Assembly (NCBI GenBank): GCA_015520605.1 | Contig: WAPT01000001.1 | Span: forward strand, 14,721 to 78,720 | Source of the DNA: Nanobdellati archaeon | GTDB lineage: Archaea > EX4484-52 > WAPT01 | DNA: 64,000 nt | Direction: 5' to 3' | Shown: positions 10,376 to 21,100 of the stretch, in pieces | Numbering within the stretch: the stretch's first letter is position 1 | Layout of the letters: each line of letters starts with the position of its first letter | The notes under the pieces: model-generated | The model's database searches: none | Told to the model about the DNA's origin: nothing | Seen by the model: the letters and a program-made list of their open reading frames with translations, nothing else | Translations under genes and position numbers: made by a program

Positions 10376-11043
10376 GAGCTCTTGCTCTTCTCTCCGGGGG
10401 AAAGGACAGCTGGTATGCTGCCTACCTGGCATCACTCATGGGTATGGAGTTAAAGCTAGCGGTAACCTTCATCCCGGAAAGCAAGGACTCTTACATGCTG
10501 CATTACCCAACTCTTGACCTCGTCCCTATTCAGTGTAAACTTGCCCGTATATCCCAGCTCAGTTTTGGTGTGTCCGGAGTGAAGGAGAAGGAAGTTGAGG
10601 AAATGACATCCCATCTCAGAAAATTGGTGGATGAGTATGATATAAAGGCCTTGGTTTGTGGCGCGGTTCAAAGCGAGTACCAGAAAATGCGCGTGGAGTT
10701 CATCGCCGAAGAGTTAGGATTGATTAGCTACGCCCCGTTATGGAAGAAAGATGAGCGCAACCTTCTGGAGGAGATTGTAAGAGATGCGGGCTTCAGATTC
10801 CTTGTGGTGAGGGTTGCCGCCGAAGGATTAGAAAATTGGATAGGAAAGATTGTTGACAACCGGAATTTTGATAGCTTCCTGAACGATTTGGAAAAGGCGA
10901 GGGCAAATCCAATAGGAGAGGGAGGAGAGTACGAAACTCTCGTGATTTATATGCCGCTCTTTTCGAATGAGATTAGAATCAAAGGGTTTGATGTACTAAA
11001 GTATGGAAATTCCAAAGAAATCAAGATAAAAGGTGTGAATTAG
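10372..11043 (+). CDS. Diphthine--ammonia ligase (Dph6) family PP-loop ATPase
   Basis: LSGGKDS, SYMLH, YQKMRVE, APLW, GEGGEYETLV. Confidence 0.88.
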   Translation: MRALALLSGGKDSWYAAYLASLMGMELKLAVTFIPESKDSYMLHYPTLDLVPIQCKLARISQLSFGVSGVKEKEVEEMTSHLRKLVDEYDIKALVCGAVQSEYQKMRVEFIAEELGLISYAPLWKKDERNLLEEIVRDAGFRFLVVRVAAEGLENWIGKIVDNRNFDSFLNDLEKARANPIGEGGEYETLVIYMPLFSNEIRIKGFDVLKYGNSKEIKIKGVN

Positions 11044-11114
11044 TGTTTGCATTTGAATGCCCTTCTAGCTGGCTCGTTTTAAAAATAAAAATCTTTTCAT
11101 CACATTATACCCTC

Positions 11115-11151
11115 AAGAGGTGTTAAGGTGTTAAGATAAAGAGGTGTTAAG
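11115..11151 (+). repeat. Triplicated GGTGTTAAG motif immediately upstream of tbp
   Basis: GGTGTTAAG at 11119, 11127 and 11143; the 13-mer AAGAGGTGTTAAG at 11115 and 11139. Confidence 0.85.
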
Positions 11152-11697
11152 ATGGGGGGACACCCTACCTCAATTCACAATGTTGTGGCATCATGCCAGA
11201 CTGATTCTAAAATTCCGCTGGCAAAGCTTGCCAACGAGATTGAAGGTATAGAGTATGAGCCGGAGCAGTTTCCTGGGTTGGTTCTCAGACTGAACGAACC
11301 AAAGGCTGCAGCGCTCATTTTCAGTTCGGGCAAAATCGTATGCACGGGAACAAAATCTCCGGAAGAGGCGAAGAAAGCCGTTAACGCTCTGGTTGACCTC
11401 ATGCGGAAGGTGGGAATAAACATCAACGAGATCAAGGCGGTGGACATTCAGAACATAGTGGCATCATCATATCTGGGTAAAGAGGTCAATCTCAACAAGA
11501 TAGCCTACGAACTCGATGACTGCGAGTATGAGCCGGAGCAGTTTCCCGGGCTTGTGCACAGGATGGATGAAGAGAATGTTGTGTTCCTCATTTTTACTTC
11601 CGGTAAGATCATATGTACTGGAGGTAAGAGTATAGAACAGATAGAAAGGAGCATAGAAAAGCTCAAGCAGAAACTAAAAGCAATAGGCGCTCTTTAA
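11152..11697 (+). CDS. tbp: TATA-box binding protein
   Basis: Two YEPEQFPGLV...LIF.SGKI.CTG repeats. Confidence 0.98.
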   Translation: MGGHPTSIHNVVASCQTDSKIPLAKLANEIEGIEYEPEQFPGLVLRLNEPKAAALIFSSGKIVCTGTKSPEEAKKAVNALVDLMRKVGININEIKAVDIQNIVASSYLGKEVNLNKIAYELDDCEYEPEQFPGLVHRMDEENVVFLIFTSGKIICTGGKSIEQIERSIEKLKQKLKAIGAL

Positions 11698-11798
11698 CTG
11701 GAACCATCAGCTTTTTGAATTTTAGGAATGACCAAACTCAAAAATAGTTCTTCTCACGCTTCCAAACAAATTAAAATGTTGGACGGAAATCTCTCCTC

Positions 11799-13814
11799 AT
11801 GGCTCTGGAATATGATGAACTTGTTCAAAGACTGGAGCTGTTCTTCTCTGAAGCAGCCTACAAGGAAATTCTCGAAGCAGCTCAAAAGAAAACGAGCGCG
11901 ATCATAGATTTTCAGAAGCTTGAGCTTTTTGATCCCGACCTGGCTGACTTTCTTGTTGAGAACCCGGACGAGTTCTTCAAAGCTGTTGATGAAGCCCTCC
12001 TCGCGATTGATCTTGGTGAGGAGTTTGAAGGTAAGCTAAACGTCAGATTTTCCAATCTGCCTGAGGATTACGTTATTCCTATTAAGCACATAAGGAGCAA
12101 GCACATCAACAAGTTTATAGGCATTGAGGGTGTAATAAAACTTGCATCGGAGGTAAGGCCGGAGATAACTGCAGCCACGTTTGAGTGTGGGTACTGCGGT
12201 CAAAGGATAACCCTCCTGCAGGAGAAACCAACACTTAAAAAACCAGCTATGTGTGACTGCGGGAACAAGAAGCATTTTGAGCTTGTGGATAGAAGGCTTG
12301 TCGATATTCAGCACGTGGTCGTGGAGGAAATACCCGAGAAGGTTGAGGGAGCTCAGCCATCCAAAATATCGGTGTTCCTGAAAGATGACCTCGTTGATCC
12401 GAAGTTCCAGAAGAGAGTGGTTCCCGGAGCTAAAGTAAGGATGAGCGGAATATTGAGGGACAAACCTCTCGGGTTCGGGACGGAGAAGGAAACTAAAAGG
12501 AGAGATCTCTACATCGAGGCTAACTACATAGAACCGCTCGAGCTTGAGTATGAGGACATAGAGATAACGGAGGAGGACGAAAAGGAAATAAAAAAACTTG
12601 CCAAAAGGCCGGACATTTACGAGTTGCTGATAAAATCAATAGCCCCATCGATTTATGGTTATGAGGATGTGAAGGAAGCGATAGCACTGCAATTGTTCGG
12701 TGGCGTCAGGAAGGAGAGGAAGGATGGAACTGTAACGAGAGGGGACATTCACATTTTGCTGGTGGGAGATCCCGGTGCGGGTAAATCAGCCCTGCTGAAA
12801 TATGTGGCCAAGTTGGCACCAAAAGCGAGATATGTGGTTGGTAGGGCAGCTACAGCTTCTGGTCTTACAGCAACGGTGGTGAGGGACGAGTTCCTTAAGG
12901 GCTGGGCTCTCGAAGCCGGGGCGCTCGTGCTGGCGAACAAGGGCATAGCCGTGGTGGATGAGATAGATAAGATGAGTGCTGAGGATAGAGTTGCCATGCA
13001 CGAGATTATGGAGCAGCAGACGTGTACTGTGGCTAAAGCAAACGTGCAGGCCACGCTCCAGGCACAAACTACAATACTCGCTGCGGCAAATCCAAAATTC
13101 GGAAGATTTGATCCGTTCACACCCCTTCCGGAACAGATAGGACTGCCTGAAACCTTGCTTTCCAGGTTTGACCTTATCTTTGCAATAAGAGATGTACCCG
13201 ATCCGGAAAGAGATAAACAGCTTGTGAGACATATCCTCAAGCTGCACGAGGATCCTGAGAGTGAGGAGCCACCCATAGATCCACAGCTCCTCAGAAAATA
13301 CATAGCCTATGCAAGAAACAACGTGTTTCCCGGGATTACGAAGGCTGCTGAAAAATACATAGAGAATTTTTATGTCGGTCTGAGGAATAAATACTCCCAG
13401 GAAAATACCGGTGGTGTGCCTATAACCACAAGGCAGCTTGAAGCCATAATAAGGTTGGCTGAAGCTTCTGCAAGGGTGCGGCTCTCCAAAAAAGTCACGA
13501 AAAAGGATGCCGAAAGAGCTGTGAGAATAATGAAGAACTATCTTATGAAGCTCGGGCTCGATCCCGAAACGGGCTACCTGGACATAGATAGAATAGAGAC
13601 GGGGATCTCCTCAAGCCAGCGCAACAAGATAAAGCTGCTCCTTGCATTGATAGAAAACCTCCAGAACGAAAGTCCTGAGGGTATGGTCAGCGTGTCCGAC
13701 CTCCTCGCGGCAGCGGAGAGCAGCGGGATAAGTGATGCCGCAGAAATACTGGACAAGCTGAAGAGGAGCGGAGAGATATTCGAACCGCGCGCAGGCTATA
13801 TAAAGAAGGTATGA
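11799..13814 (+). CDS. mcm: MCM replicative helicase (no intein)
   Basis: Zn finger CxxC...CxC, GDPGAGKS, VDEIDKM, LLSRFD, C-terminal winged helix. Confidence 0.98.
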   Translation: MALEYDELVQRLELFFSEAAYKEILEAAQKKTSAIIDFQKLELFDPDLADFLVENPDEFFKAVDEALLAIDLGEEFEGKLNVRFSNLPEDYVIPIKHIRSKHINKFIGIEGVIKLASEVRPEITAATFECGYCGQRITLLQEKPTLKKPAMCDCGNKKHFELVDRRLVDIQHVVVEEIPEKVEGAQPSKISVFLKDDLVDPKFQKRVVPGAKVRMSGILRDKPLGFGTEKETKRRDLYIEANYIEPLELEYEDIEITEEDEKEIKKLAKRPDIYELLIKSIAPSIYGYEDVKEAIALQLFGGVRKERKDGTVTRGDIHILLVGDPGAGKSALLKYVAKLAPKARYVVGRAATASGLTATVVRDEFLKGWALEAGALVLANKGIAVVDEIDKMSAEDRVAMHEIMEQQTCTVAKANVQATLQAQTTILAAANPKFGRFDPFTPLPEQIGLPETLLSRFDLIFAIRDVPDPERDKQLVRHILKLHEDPESEEPPIDPQLLRKYIAYARNNVFPGITKAAEKYIENFYVGLRNKYSQENTGGVPITTRQLEAIIRLAEASARVRLSKKVTKKDAERAVRIMKNYLMKLGLDPETGYLDIDRIETGISSSQRNKIKLLLALIENLQNESPEGMVSVSDLLAAAESSGISDAAEILDKLKRSGEIFEPRAGYIKKV

Positions 13815-13827
13815 AAGGTAATGAAAT

Positions 13828-14577
13828 ATGAAGAAAAAAGCTCCAGCTGTTAGGTGCAGAATAAAGGACGTTCTTAAAGGAAAGTATGTACCCACAACCG
13901 ATCTCACCCCTGGGTATGTCCTCCTGCCTATTGGTGTAAGAGCTTATAAAGTCATGCTTCACGGTGTGGTCACCCAGATCTATATCAATGAGTCAAGAAC
14001 TTACGGTTTCCTTGTGCTGGAGGACGGCACAGGAAGAATAAGAGCCAAGTTCTTCAGCGGGATAAAAATGCTTGAAAATATCAACCGGGGAGATAGCGTA
14101 GCTGTCATCGGAAGGATCAGGGAGTACAATGAGGAGAGGTATCTTGCCGTTACGGGTATCAGAAAACTGCAAACTCCAGAGGAAGAAGCTACGTTCAGAC
14201 TCGATATGGCGGTTAAGCTGAGCAGAATGCTTGATGCTGCAAAGAGCATAGCTAAAGCAATAAAAAGTGCCGAGAGTTTGGATGAGGCTCTGAAGCTGTG
14301 CGGACATCACCCAGAGTATCTCGTTGCCGGGGTTTATGAGCTCGAGAGGTTTGTGGAGGAGAAAAGTGCTGCCGAGAGCAGGAGCGCTGATGAGAAGGAT
14401 CTGAAGGAAATCATATTAAGTATTATAAAGGATAATGATGAGGGGGATGGTGTGGATTACGTCAAGATAATACAGCTTGCGGGCCTTCCAGAGAGCGTGG
14501 TAGAAAGGGTGATAAATGAGCTGCTCGAAGAGGGATCATGCTACGAACCAAAACCAGGAAGGATAAAGATGGTCTGA
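13828..14577 (+). CDS. RPA32-like OB-fold plus winged-helix ssDNA-binding protein
   Basis: LEDGTGRIRAKFF OB fold; C-terminal GSCYEPKPG wH. Confidence 0.8.
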   Translation: MKKKAPAVRCRIKDVLKGKYVPTTDLTPGYVLLPIGVRAYKVMLHGVVTQIYINESRTYGFLVLEDGTGRIRAKFFSGIKMLENINRGDSVAVIGRIREYNEERYLAVTGIRKLQTPEEEATFRLDMAVKLSRMLDAAKSIAKAIKSAESLDEALKLCGHHPEYLVAGVYELERFVEEKSAAESRSADEKDLKEIILSIIKDNDEGDGVDYVKIIQLAGLPESVVERVINELLEEGSCYEPKPGRIKMV

Positions 14578-14588
14578 GGTGGTGAAAG

Positions 14589-15011
14589 ATGGCCGAAATG
14601 GACATAATGGATTATGATGCTCTGCTGGAAAGGGCAAAGAAACAGCTTCCGGAATCCGTTCTCGTTAAGGAAAGGTTCGAGATTCCTGTGCTCAGATCCA
14701 TAATAGTAGGTAACAGAACCTTCATAAAGAAGTTCACGGATGTGTGCGATTATATAAGAAGGGATCCGAAACATCTCCTGAAATTCTTAGCAAAGGAGCT
14801 GGGTACTCAAGGTGAGATTGAGGGCGGTGATGCTGTTTTCCAGGGCAAATTCAGCAATGCCGTAATAAACAAGAAGTTTGAAAGATATGTCAAGGACTAT
14901 GTGCTGTGCCACGAGTGTGGCAAACCGGATACAAAGCTCTTCAAGGAGGGCAGGATAATGATGCTCAAGTGTGAGGCGTGCGGGGCCATAAGACCTGTGG
15001 AGAAAATATAA
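14589..15011 (+). CDS. eif2b: Translation initiation factor aIF2 beta subunit
   Basis: ERFEIP, RDPKHLLKFLAKELGT, CHECGKPDT...CEACGA. Confidence 0.96.
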   Translation: MAEMDIMDYDALLERAKKQLPESVLVKERFEIPVLRSIIVGNRTFIKKFTDVCDYIRRDPKHLLKFLAKELGTQGEIEGGDAVFQGKFSNAVINKKFERYVKDYVLCHECGKPDTKLFKEGRIMMLKCEACGAIRPVEKI

Positions 15012-15021
15012 GGGCAGGCCT

Positions 15022-15336
15022 ATGGAAAAGTTCTATCTCACTGTAAGGGATAGCCCGCACGGTAGTGTAGTTGCAGTATGTGACAAGGAGATTTTCGGAA
15101 AGAAATTCGAAGAAGGGGATCTAGTTCTCGATCTCACGACCGCCTTCTATTTTGAAGAGGGAAAAACCACCGAAACCGAGGATGTTGAGTTGATCGTGAA
15201 GAAAGTAAGAGAGGCCTTTACCTCAAACATAGTGGGTAATAGTATTGTTGATGCGCTTCTGGAGAGAGGAATCATAAAGAGAAGTGGTGTAAAGAGCATA
15301 GCTGGAGTTAAATATGCCATGACATTTAAAATATAG
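15022..15336 (+). CDS. DUF424 family protein
   Basis: VVAVCDKEIFGKKFEEG...FY...NIVG pattern; conserved neighbourhood. Confidence 0.85.
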   Translation: MEKFYLTVRDSPHGSVVAVCDKEIFGKKFEEGDLVLDLTTAFYFEEGKTTETEDVELIVKKVREAFTSNIVGNSIVDALLERGIIKRSGVKSIAGVKYAMTFKI

Positions 15337-15354
15337 AATATATCACTGTGTTCT

Positions 15355-16092
15355 ATGAGAAAGAAAAAACTCGTCAGGATCTGTGCTAAGTGCGGAAAGC
15401 GGGTTGAGGAGTTGCATGAAGGTTTGTGCGAGGAATGTTTCTCCATTATGAAAGGTTTGAGGAGATCCCAAAAACAGGAAATGGTCGAGGTTAACTGGTG
15501 TAGGTGCGGTTTGGTTTCAGCTTGCAAAAAAGAACTCGGTTTTGCCTCAACATTCGGGGAGTTGCTGGAACTCGTGCTCTCACACAGTTTGGATAAAGAA
15601 GCTCGAGATGCTGAGCTTACCTTTGAGGTTGAGGAGGTTCAAAACATGGGTAGGGATGTGTATAGAGTGGTGGGTGTTCTCGATGGAAAGGACAGGACGG
15701 TGGTTGAAATCAAGCTAACCCGTAAGCTCTGTGAGAGCTGCAGGTACAGATCTGGCGGGTATTATGAAGCGACACTACAGCTAAGAGGTGATGAAGACTT
15801 TCTTGCTAATATGCTGGAGCTTGTTGAGGATATAGCGAATAAATGGAGAGAGTTCGACAAAAAATCTTTCATAACCTCCATGGAAGGAGTTAGGGGCGGG
15901 ATAGACGTGAAACTGGGATCAAAAAGACTCGCCAAGAAAATCGTTAGCCAAGCTAAAAAATATAAAAAAGATATCATTATAAAATGTTCGAAAAAGTTAA
16001 AAACTGTGAAGGACGGAAAGAAAATTTACAGGTACACATTTGCGGTAAAGGTTGATAATTATGGGAAAAAGAGGACAAGAAAGGGACGGTAA
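15355..16092 (+). CDS. NMD3 family ribosome biogenesis protein
   Basis: CAKCG...LCEEC, CESC...GGYYEATLQLRG, GGIDVKLGS. Confidence 0.88.
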   Translation: MRKKKLVRICAKCGKRVEELHEGLCEECFSIMKGLRRSQKQEMVEVNWCRCGLVSACKKELGFASTFGELLELVLSHSLDKEARDAELTFEVEEVQNMGRDVYRVVGVLDGKDRTVVEIKLTRKLCESCRYRSGGYYEATLQLRGDEDFLANMLELVEDIANKWREFDKKSFITSMEGVRGGIDVKLGSKRLAKKIVSQAKKYKKDIIIKCSKKLKTVKDGKKIYRYTFAVKVDNYGKKRTRKGR

Positions 16093-16411
16093 TAAAGGTA
16101 TTCTGACAGATGAGGAAATAGAAAAGAAGGTGATACTGCCCAAAGGCAAACAGGTCTTCGGAGTTGTGGAGTCAAGGCTCGGGTATGGGAGGATGAATAC
16201 AATCTGTTCCGACAAAAAGATAAGAGTTTGCCGCGTACCCGGCAGATACGCGAGGAGGATCTGGATCAGAGAGGGTGATGTTGTTATCGTTGAACCATGG
16301 CCCATTCAGGGCGATAAAAAAGGTGACATAATTCACAAATACAGACCGGTGGAGGTGGATTGGCTCAGGAGGAAGGGCTTTCTGAAAGGTTTGGAAGAAT
16401 TCATAATTTGA
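16061..16411 (+). CDS. eif1a: Translation initiation factor aIF1A
   Basis: RVCRVPGR...IWIREGDVVIVEPW. Confidence 0.96.
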   Translation: MGKRGQERDGNKGILTDEEIEKKVILPKGKQVFGVVESRLGYGRMNTICSDKKIRVCRVPGRYARRIWIREGDVVIVEPWPIQGDKKGDIIHKYRPVEVDWLRRKGFLKGLEEFII

Positions 16412-16469
16412 TTTGATTTTTCAAAAATAATGGAAAAGTATATATATCAAGAAATACTCTATATTCAAC

Positions 16470-18134
16470 ATGGTGTTTTGTGCGAGAGGGATTTATGATA
16501 AAGTAATGATTGTAGGTATCGTATTGTCTGTCATTTTTTGCGCTTCCACCGCGTTCGCACTCGAGAACCATAATTTAATGTTCTGGAATGGTGATATGCA
16601 AATATTCTTGAACAAAAATGTCTATTCTGCCGGAGAGAATCTAAAAGCGACAATCAGAATTTCTAATGGTGAGAATTATTTTATCACGGATGGAAAAATT
16701 GTTATTGAGATTGTGTACGGATGTGACACGCCCACATATCCTGCGCAGGTTTCCGATTGCGACGATGTTATTTACGAAAAGGTGCTTAGAGACATTCACA
16801 TCCCTCCGAAAGGAAACAGAGAGATAAATTTCAGCTACTCATTACCGCAGGATCTGCGTGAGGGTACCTACAGGGTTGACGCATACTTTACTGCAAATAG
16901 AGCACCGGTAAAGGGGATTCACTTCATCTTTCTGCCGGGAGCTTATCAGGACTTCCGGGTGGAGAACACGGCGGGAGACTACCCATCTTTGAAGATACTG
17001 AGGACAAAAACAGTTTTTAATGGTGAGCGTGGACAGGTCGCTGCTCCGGTCCAGCCGGGTGGTGTGATCAACGGGACTGTGTGGGTTGAAGCTCTCGACG
17101 ACAGCGCGATAGGTAAGAACTACATGCTGAGATTGCGGTTGTGTTCATGGGATGACACCAACTGCGATGGATATAACCTAACGAAACGGTTTTATCTGGA
17201 CTCGAAAGTTCAAAGTATATGGGTGAAAATGAAAGCCCCGACCAAACCGGACGCATACGCCATAAGAATTGAGATAGTGGATGAAAACGAGAGGTTGCAG
17301 TCCCTTTACAGAAGCAGGATAATCGTGACCGGGATAACGGCCAAGATAAGGAAGGTTCAGCTCGCTTCAGTGGTGTTGAGGAAAGGTACACCCACGGAAC
17401 TCAATGTGCTTGTGGGTACATCTCCGGATCATTATACCGAACCCGAGGTTAGAAATGTTGTTTGTGCGGTGAAGATCACCGATAAACCATCCGAAAAACT
17501 TGTGTTTACTGGTAAAAAGACCATAGAAAAACTCTCTTCAAAAGACAACATAATTTTCGTTCCCCTGAGTTTCTCGATAACCCCGAACACGGATACGAAA
17601 AATTTCAGGGTGTGTATCGAGCTGCGTTCTGAAGCGGGAAAACTTTTTGATAAATATTGTTTTGATGTGAACGCCAACGACTATAAGGATGTACTTCTAC
17701 CCGATTATAGTGCCAAGCTTTTGAAATACTTTGAGAACAACCGCACAGCGGTGCTTGAAGTCTGCGCTAGGTACAGCATTATTGATAAGGATGCCAACAT
17801 AATGGCCGATCTTCTTCTTTACAAAAATAACGGAATCATAAAAATGGTTCGCAATGTTAAAATAAATGGATGTAAGCTGTTCTCCTTCGATAAAATTGAG
17901 GGAGAGCCTGGCGTTAATTACACGTTGGTTTTAAACGATAAGGTAAACGATCTGCAGTATATTTTTAACTTCTCACCACGGAGCGCTTCAGAAAATACGG
18001 CAGTTCCGGCATCCCGGGAACAGAGGACGGGAATCGGTAACGGTAAACTTGTGCTGTGCATAATGTCCCTTGTCGCTGTCGTGGTTATTATCGCTTTTAT
18101 CATGAGGAACTGGAAAGGTGGTGAAAATGCATGA
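16470..18134 (+). CDS. Secreted or surface protein with signal peptide, beta-rich domains and C-terminal TM anchor
   Basis: N-terminal signal ending AFA; C-terminal hydrophobic helix with a short tail. Confidence 0.75.
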   Translation: MVFCARGIYDKVMIVGIVLSVIFCASTAFALENHNLMFWNGDMQIFLNKNVYSAGENLKATIRISNGENYFITDGKIVIEIVYGCDTPTYPAQVSDCDDVIYEKVLRDIHIPPKGNREINFSYSLPQDLREGTYRVDAYFTANRAPVKGIHFIFLPGAYQDFRVENTAGDYPSLKILRTKTVFNGERGQVAAPVQPGGVINGTVWVEALDDSAIGKNYMLRLRLCSWDDTNCDGYNLTKRFYLDSKVQSIWVKMKAPTKPDAYAIRIEIVDENERLQSLYRSRIIVTGITAKIRKVQLASVVLRKGTPTELNVLVGTSPDHYTEPEVRNVVCAVKITDKPSEKLVFTGKKTIEKLSSKDNIIFVPLSFSITPNTDTKNFRVCIELRSEAGKLFDKYCFDVNANDYKDVLLPDYSAKLLKYFENNRTAVLEVCARYSIIDKDANIMADLLLYKNNGIIKMVRNVKINGCKLFSFDKIEGEPGVNYTLVLNDKVNDLQYIFNFSPRSASENTAVPASREQRTGIGNGKLVLCIMSLVAVVVIIAFIMRNWKGGENA

Positions 18135-21100
18135 ATCGAAAAACATGATGGGTGTCGGAATCATTATTTTGGTAAGCATGTTTTTTGGCATTGCGATTAG
18201 CTCGAAAATTTCCTTTGGGTGGTGGAATGATGATTGGAAATACAGGATACCGATAAACGTGAGCTATGATGGATCCTCAGAGATCGATAATTATCAGCTC
18301 AAATTGGTGATCAATTATCAGGAGGGCATGCAATGCGATTTTCGAGACATACGGTTCACACAAGTTATTAACGGTGATGAGATCGAGATCCCCTACTTTA
18401 TTGAGAATTATACTGATTGTCAAGAAGCATTTGTTTGGATTAAGATGATAAAATTGACTCCCGGAGAAAATACAGTGTATCTTTATTTTGGAAATCCTAA
18501 TGTTTCCTCAAAGAGTTCCAGTAGCGATGTGTTCCTCGGAAAAATAAGCAACGTTGCCGGGTGTTGGTACTTTGATAAAGAGACAAACAACATCGTCATA
18601 GATTGTTCGGGAGTGGGGAACCCGATGACTCTGTACAATGGTGCTACCCTGGGGGATGGAAAATACGGATATGCCCTCGAGCTGGACGGCAATGACGATT
18701 ATGCAAGCTCAGACCTTAACGGAATCAACTTCCAAAAAAATGAGATCGCAATCCTCTTCTGGTTGCTTGATGATATGGAAAGCAATGGCAATAGGGAATG
18801 GTTTATAAATAAGCTGACCACTCAACCTTCCACGGGTTTTGGATTTTATACAACAGACACAGACGAGAACAACCTTAGAAGGCTCGTTTTTTCTGTCGGT
18901 AGTACTGCGGCTTCCAAAGAAGTCAGCATCATGATACCGTCTCACACATGGGTGAGTGTTGGGGGAGTTGTAAGACTCTATAACTCCACCCATTATAGGG
19001 TTGAGTTATGGATAAACGGGAGTATGGTTAATTATACCTACATAGAAGACGCCTCGCTTAAACTGGAGAATACGGAGCCGCTAACGATAGGTATGTTCAA
19101 CAACAGCTTCTATGCTTACGGAAGGGTGGACGAGCTCTATATTTTCAACACATCTTTAGACGGAAACACTATAGAACAACTTTCGGTTGCTCGCGGTGTG
19201 GTTCTGCCAGAAGAGCCGCTAACCTTATATCTTACACAATACGCATCCCCGCAGCCAGCATACACCATCGGAGCCATCGAGAAGTATCTCAAAGCTGTTG
19301 GTGAGCCATGTACAAGTGACGACGAATGTGAAACTGGACACTGCGCTGTCGATTACGATGGGAATGGGGCATGGTGCATGCCCAAAACATCCTGTGCTCA
19401 TAATGGTATAGAGTATAAGGACGGTAGCTATGCACCGGAGTGTTTATCCAAGACATCCACATGGAAATGTTCTGCTGGAACATGGCAGGAATTCAATTGT
19501 GGCAGGTGGAGTGTGTGTAAGAGCGGAAAATGTTTATTGAAGGATAGTGATGGGGATGGTGTTCCGGATAGGGACGATCTGTGTCCCGGAACTCCGGCTG
19601 GGTGTAAAGTGTATGCCAACAATGGATGTCCGAAGGTACCGTTCAAATACCACATAAAAAACAATATATCCTCATCATGTCCCGGATCTTCCATACCCGT
19701 AGATCCCGAGCACTACTGTCTGAGCACATCCCAAGACCCAAAGATCAAATTTTATGTTGGGACCGTGCTTGCAAACTCTGAGCCCTACTGCGATCCTCTG
19801 TATGGCACTGAGGGATGGCATGATGTAGAAGACGGAAGAAATTATTGCGAATTCCCAATCCCTGTAAGCATAAACCCCGGAAAATACACATTGTATGCCG
19901 AGTATGAGCTTGGGGGGAGAACCTACAAGGATGTCGTAGAGTCCGGGTTCGTGGTGAAAAGTTCGTGTTCCACGAGAACCCGATGTAACCATGGGGGGCA
20001 CATGGAATCCAACCCCACGTACAACATCGCATTCTCTAACGGCCAGTGTGAGGTGTCCGGAGGCATCTATTATTGTAAGAACGGAACCACCGTTTCACTA
20101 ACCTCAATATCCAGAGTTGTCCCGCACTGTAGTGATGGTGCATACGCGTCAGCAAGACCTCCTGGATTGCTCGCATGGGTGTATTCCGGTAACGTATTTT
20201 TGGCTGAAAAAGACAACAAGTACGCTGGATGTTCGCTGTGGAATCCTTCAGTTAACGACAGGAGATATTTATTCAGTCTAAAAGTTGGGTTTAGGTGGGC
20301 GTGCAACATTGGATGGGCAAGCGGGGCGAAATACAACCATATAAACAACATATACACATTTAAAAAACCTGGCAAATACATGCTTTACGTTGATTTGATA
20401 AACGCTGTGTGTGATTCTCCAGATTATATCTGTCCGACCAACTGTAGTGGATACAAGTGTTTATGCTACATAGGAACTATGAAAGGTGATCAGTGGGGGT
20501 TCCTAAACCTCGGAAAATACGAAATTGCGGTAGTTGACCCAGAGCTGAAGTTTATAAGCACTCCCAGTAGCCCCATCAAACTGGATGGGTCTCCATCGAT
20601 AACCTTGACATGGAAAATCAGGAATACCGGCATTGGCGATATCGACGTTAAAGTAGCTCCCGTATGTCCGGCGGGGTGGAAATGCGTGGTTGATCCAACC
20701 CGTGTCAGAAATGTGAAGGAAAACAACAATGTTACAATTACACTCACGGTCTACAACAAAAAGCCACCGGCAATGGTAAATGCCAAGCGGATTCCAGTTG
20801 GAATAAACATAAGTTATTTTGATTCTTACGGACTCTATCCAGAAAAAAGAACAGGAAATTCCGTAATTCTCATCCTAGATAATCGGCCCCCGGTCGTGGG
20901 GTTCAGCGCACCTTCGGGATATGGCTGGAGCGCTTCGGATCTGCCATTCAAAATAACCTGCGATGACAACCCATACACCAGCTACGGAACTTATGGCGGA
21001 TGCAATAAAATATATTATCTGGTCGTGAATTCGTCTCAAAAATGTCCGCAGGATCTGAACAGTTATAAAGTATATTCATCTAACCCTCAGGAGACGCTAA

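Noticed and set aside
11698-11798. Possible replication origin upstream of mcm
   Set aside because: Only 100 bp, no paired ORB boxes with G-strings, and no cdc6/orc1 nearby
11799-13814. Intein in MCM
   Set aside because: Normal length with contiguous Walker motifs and no intein termini
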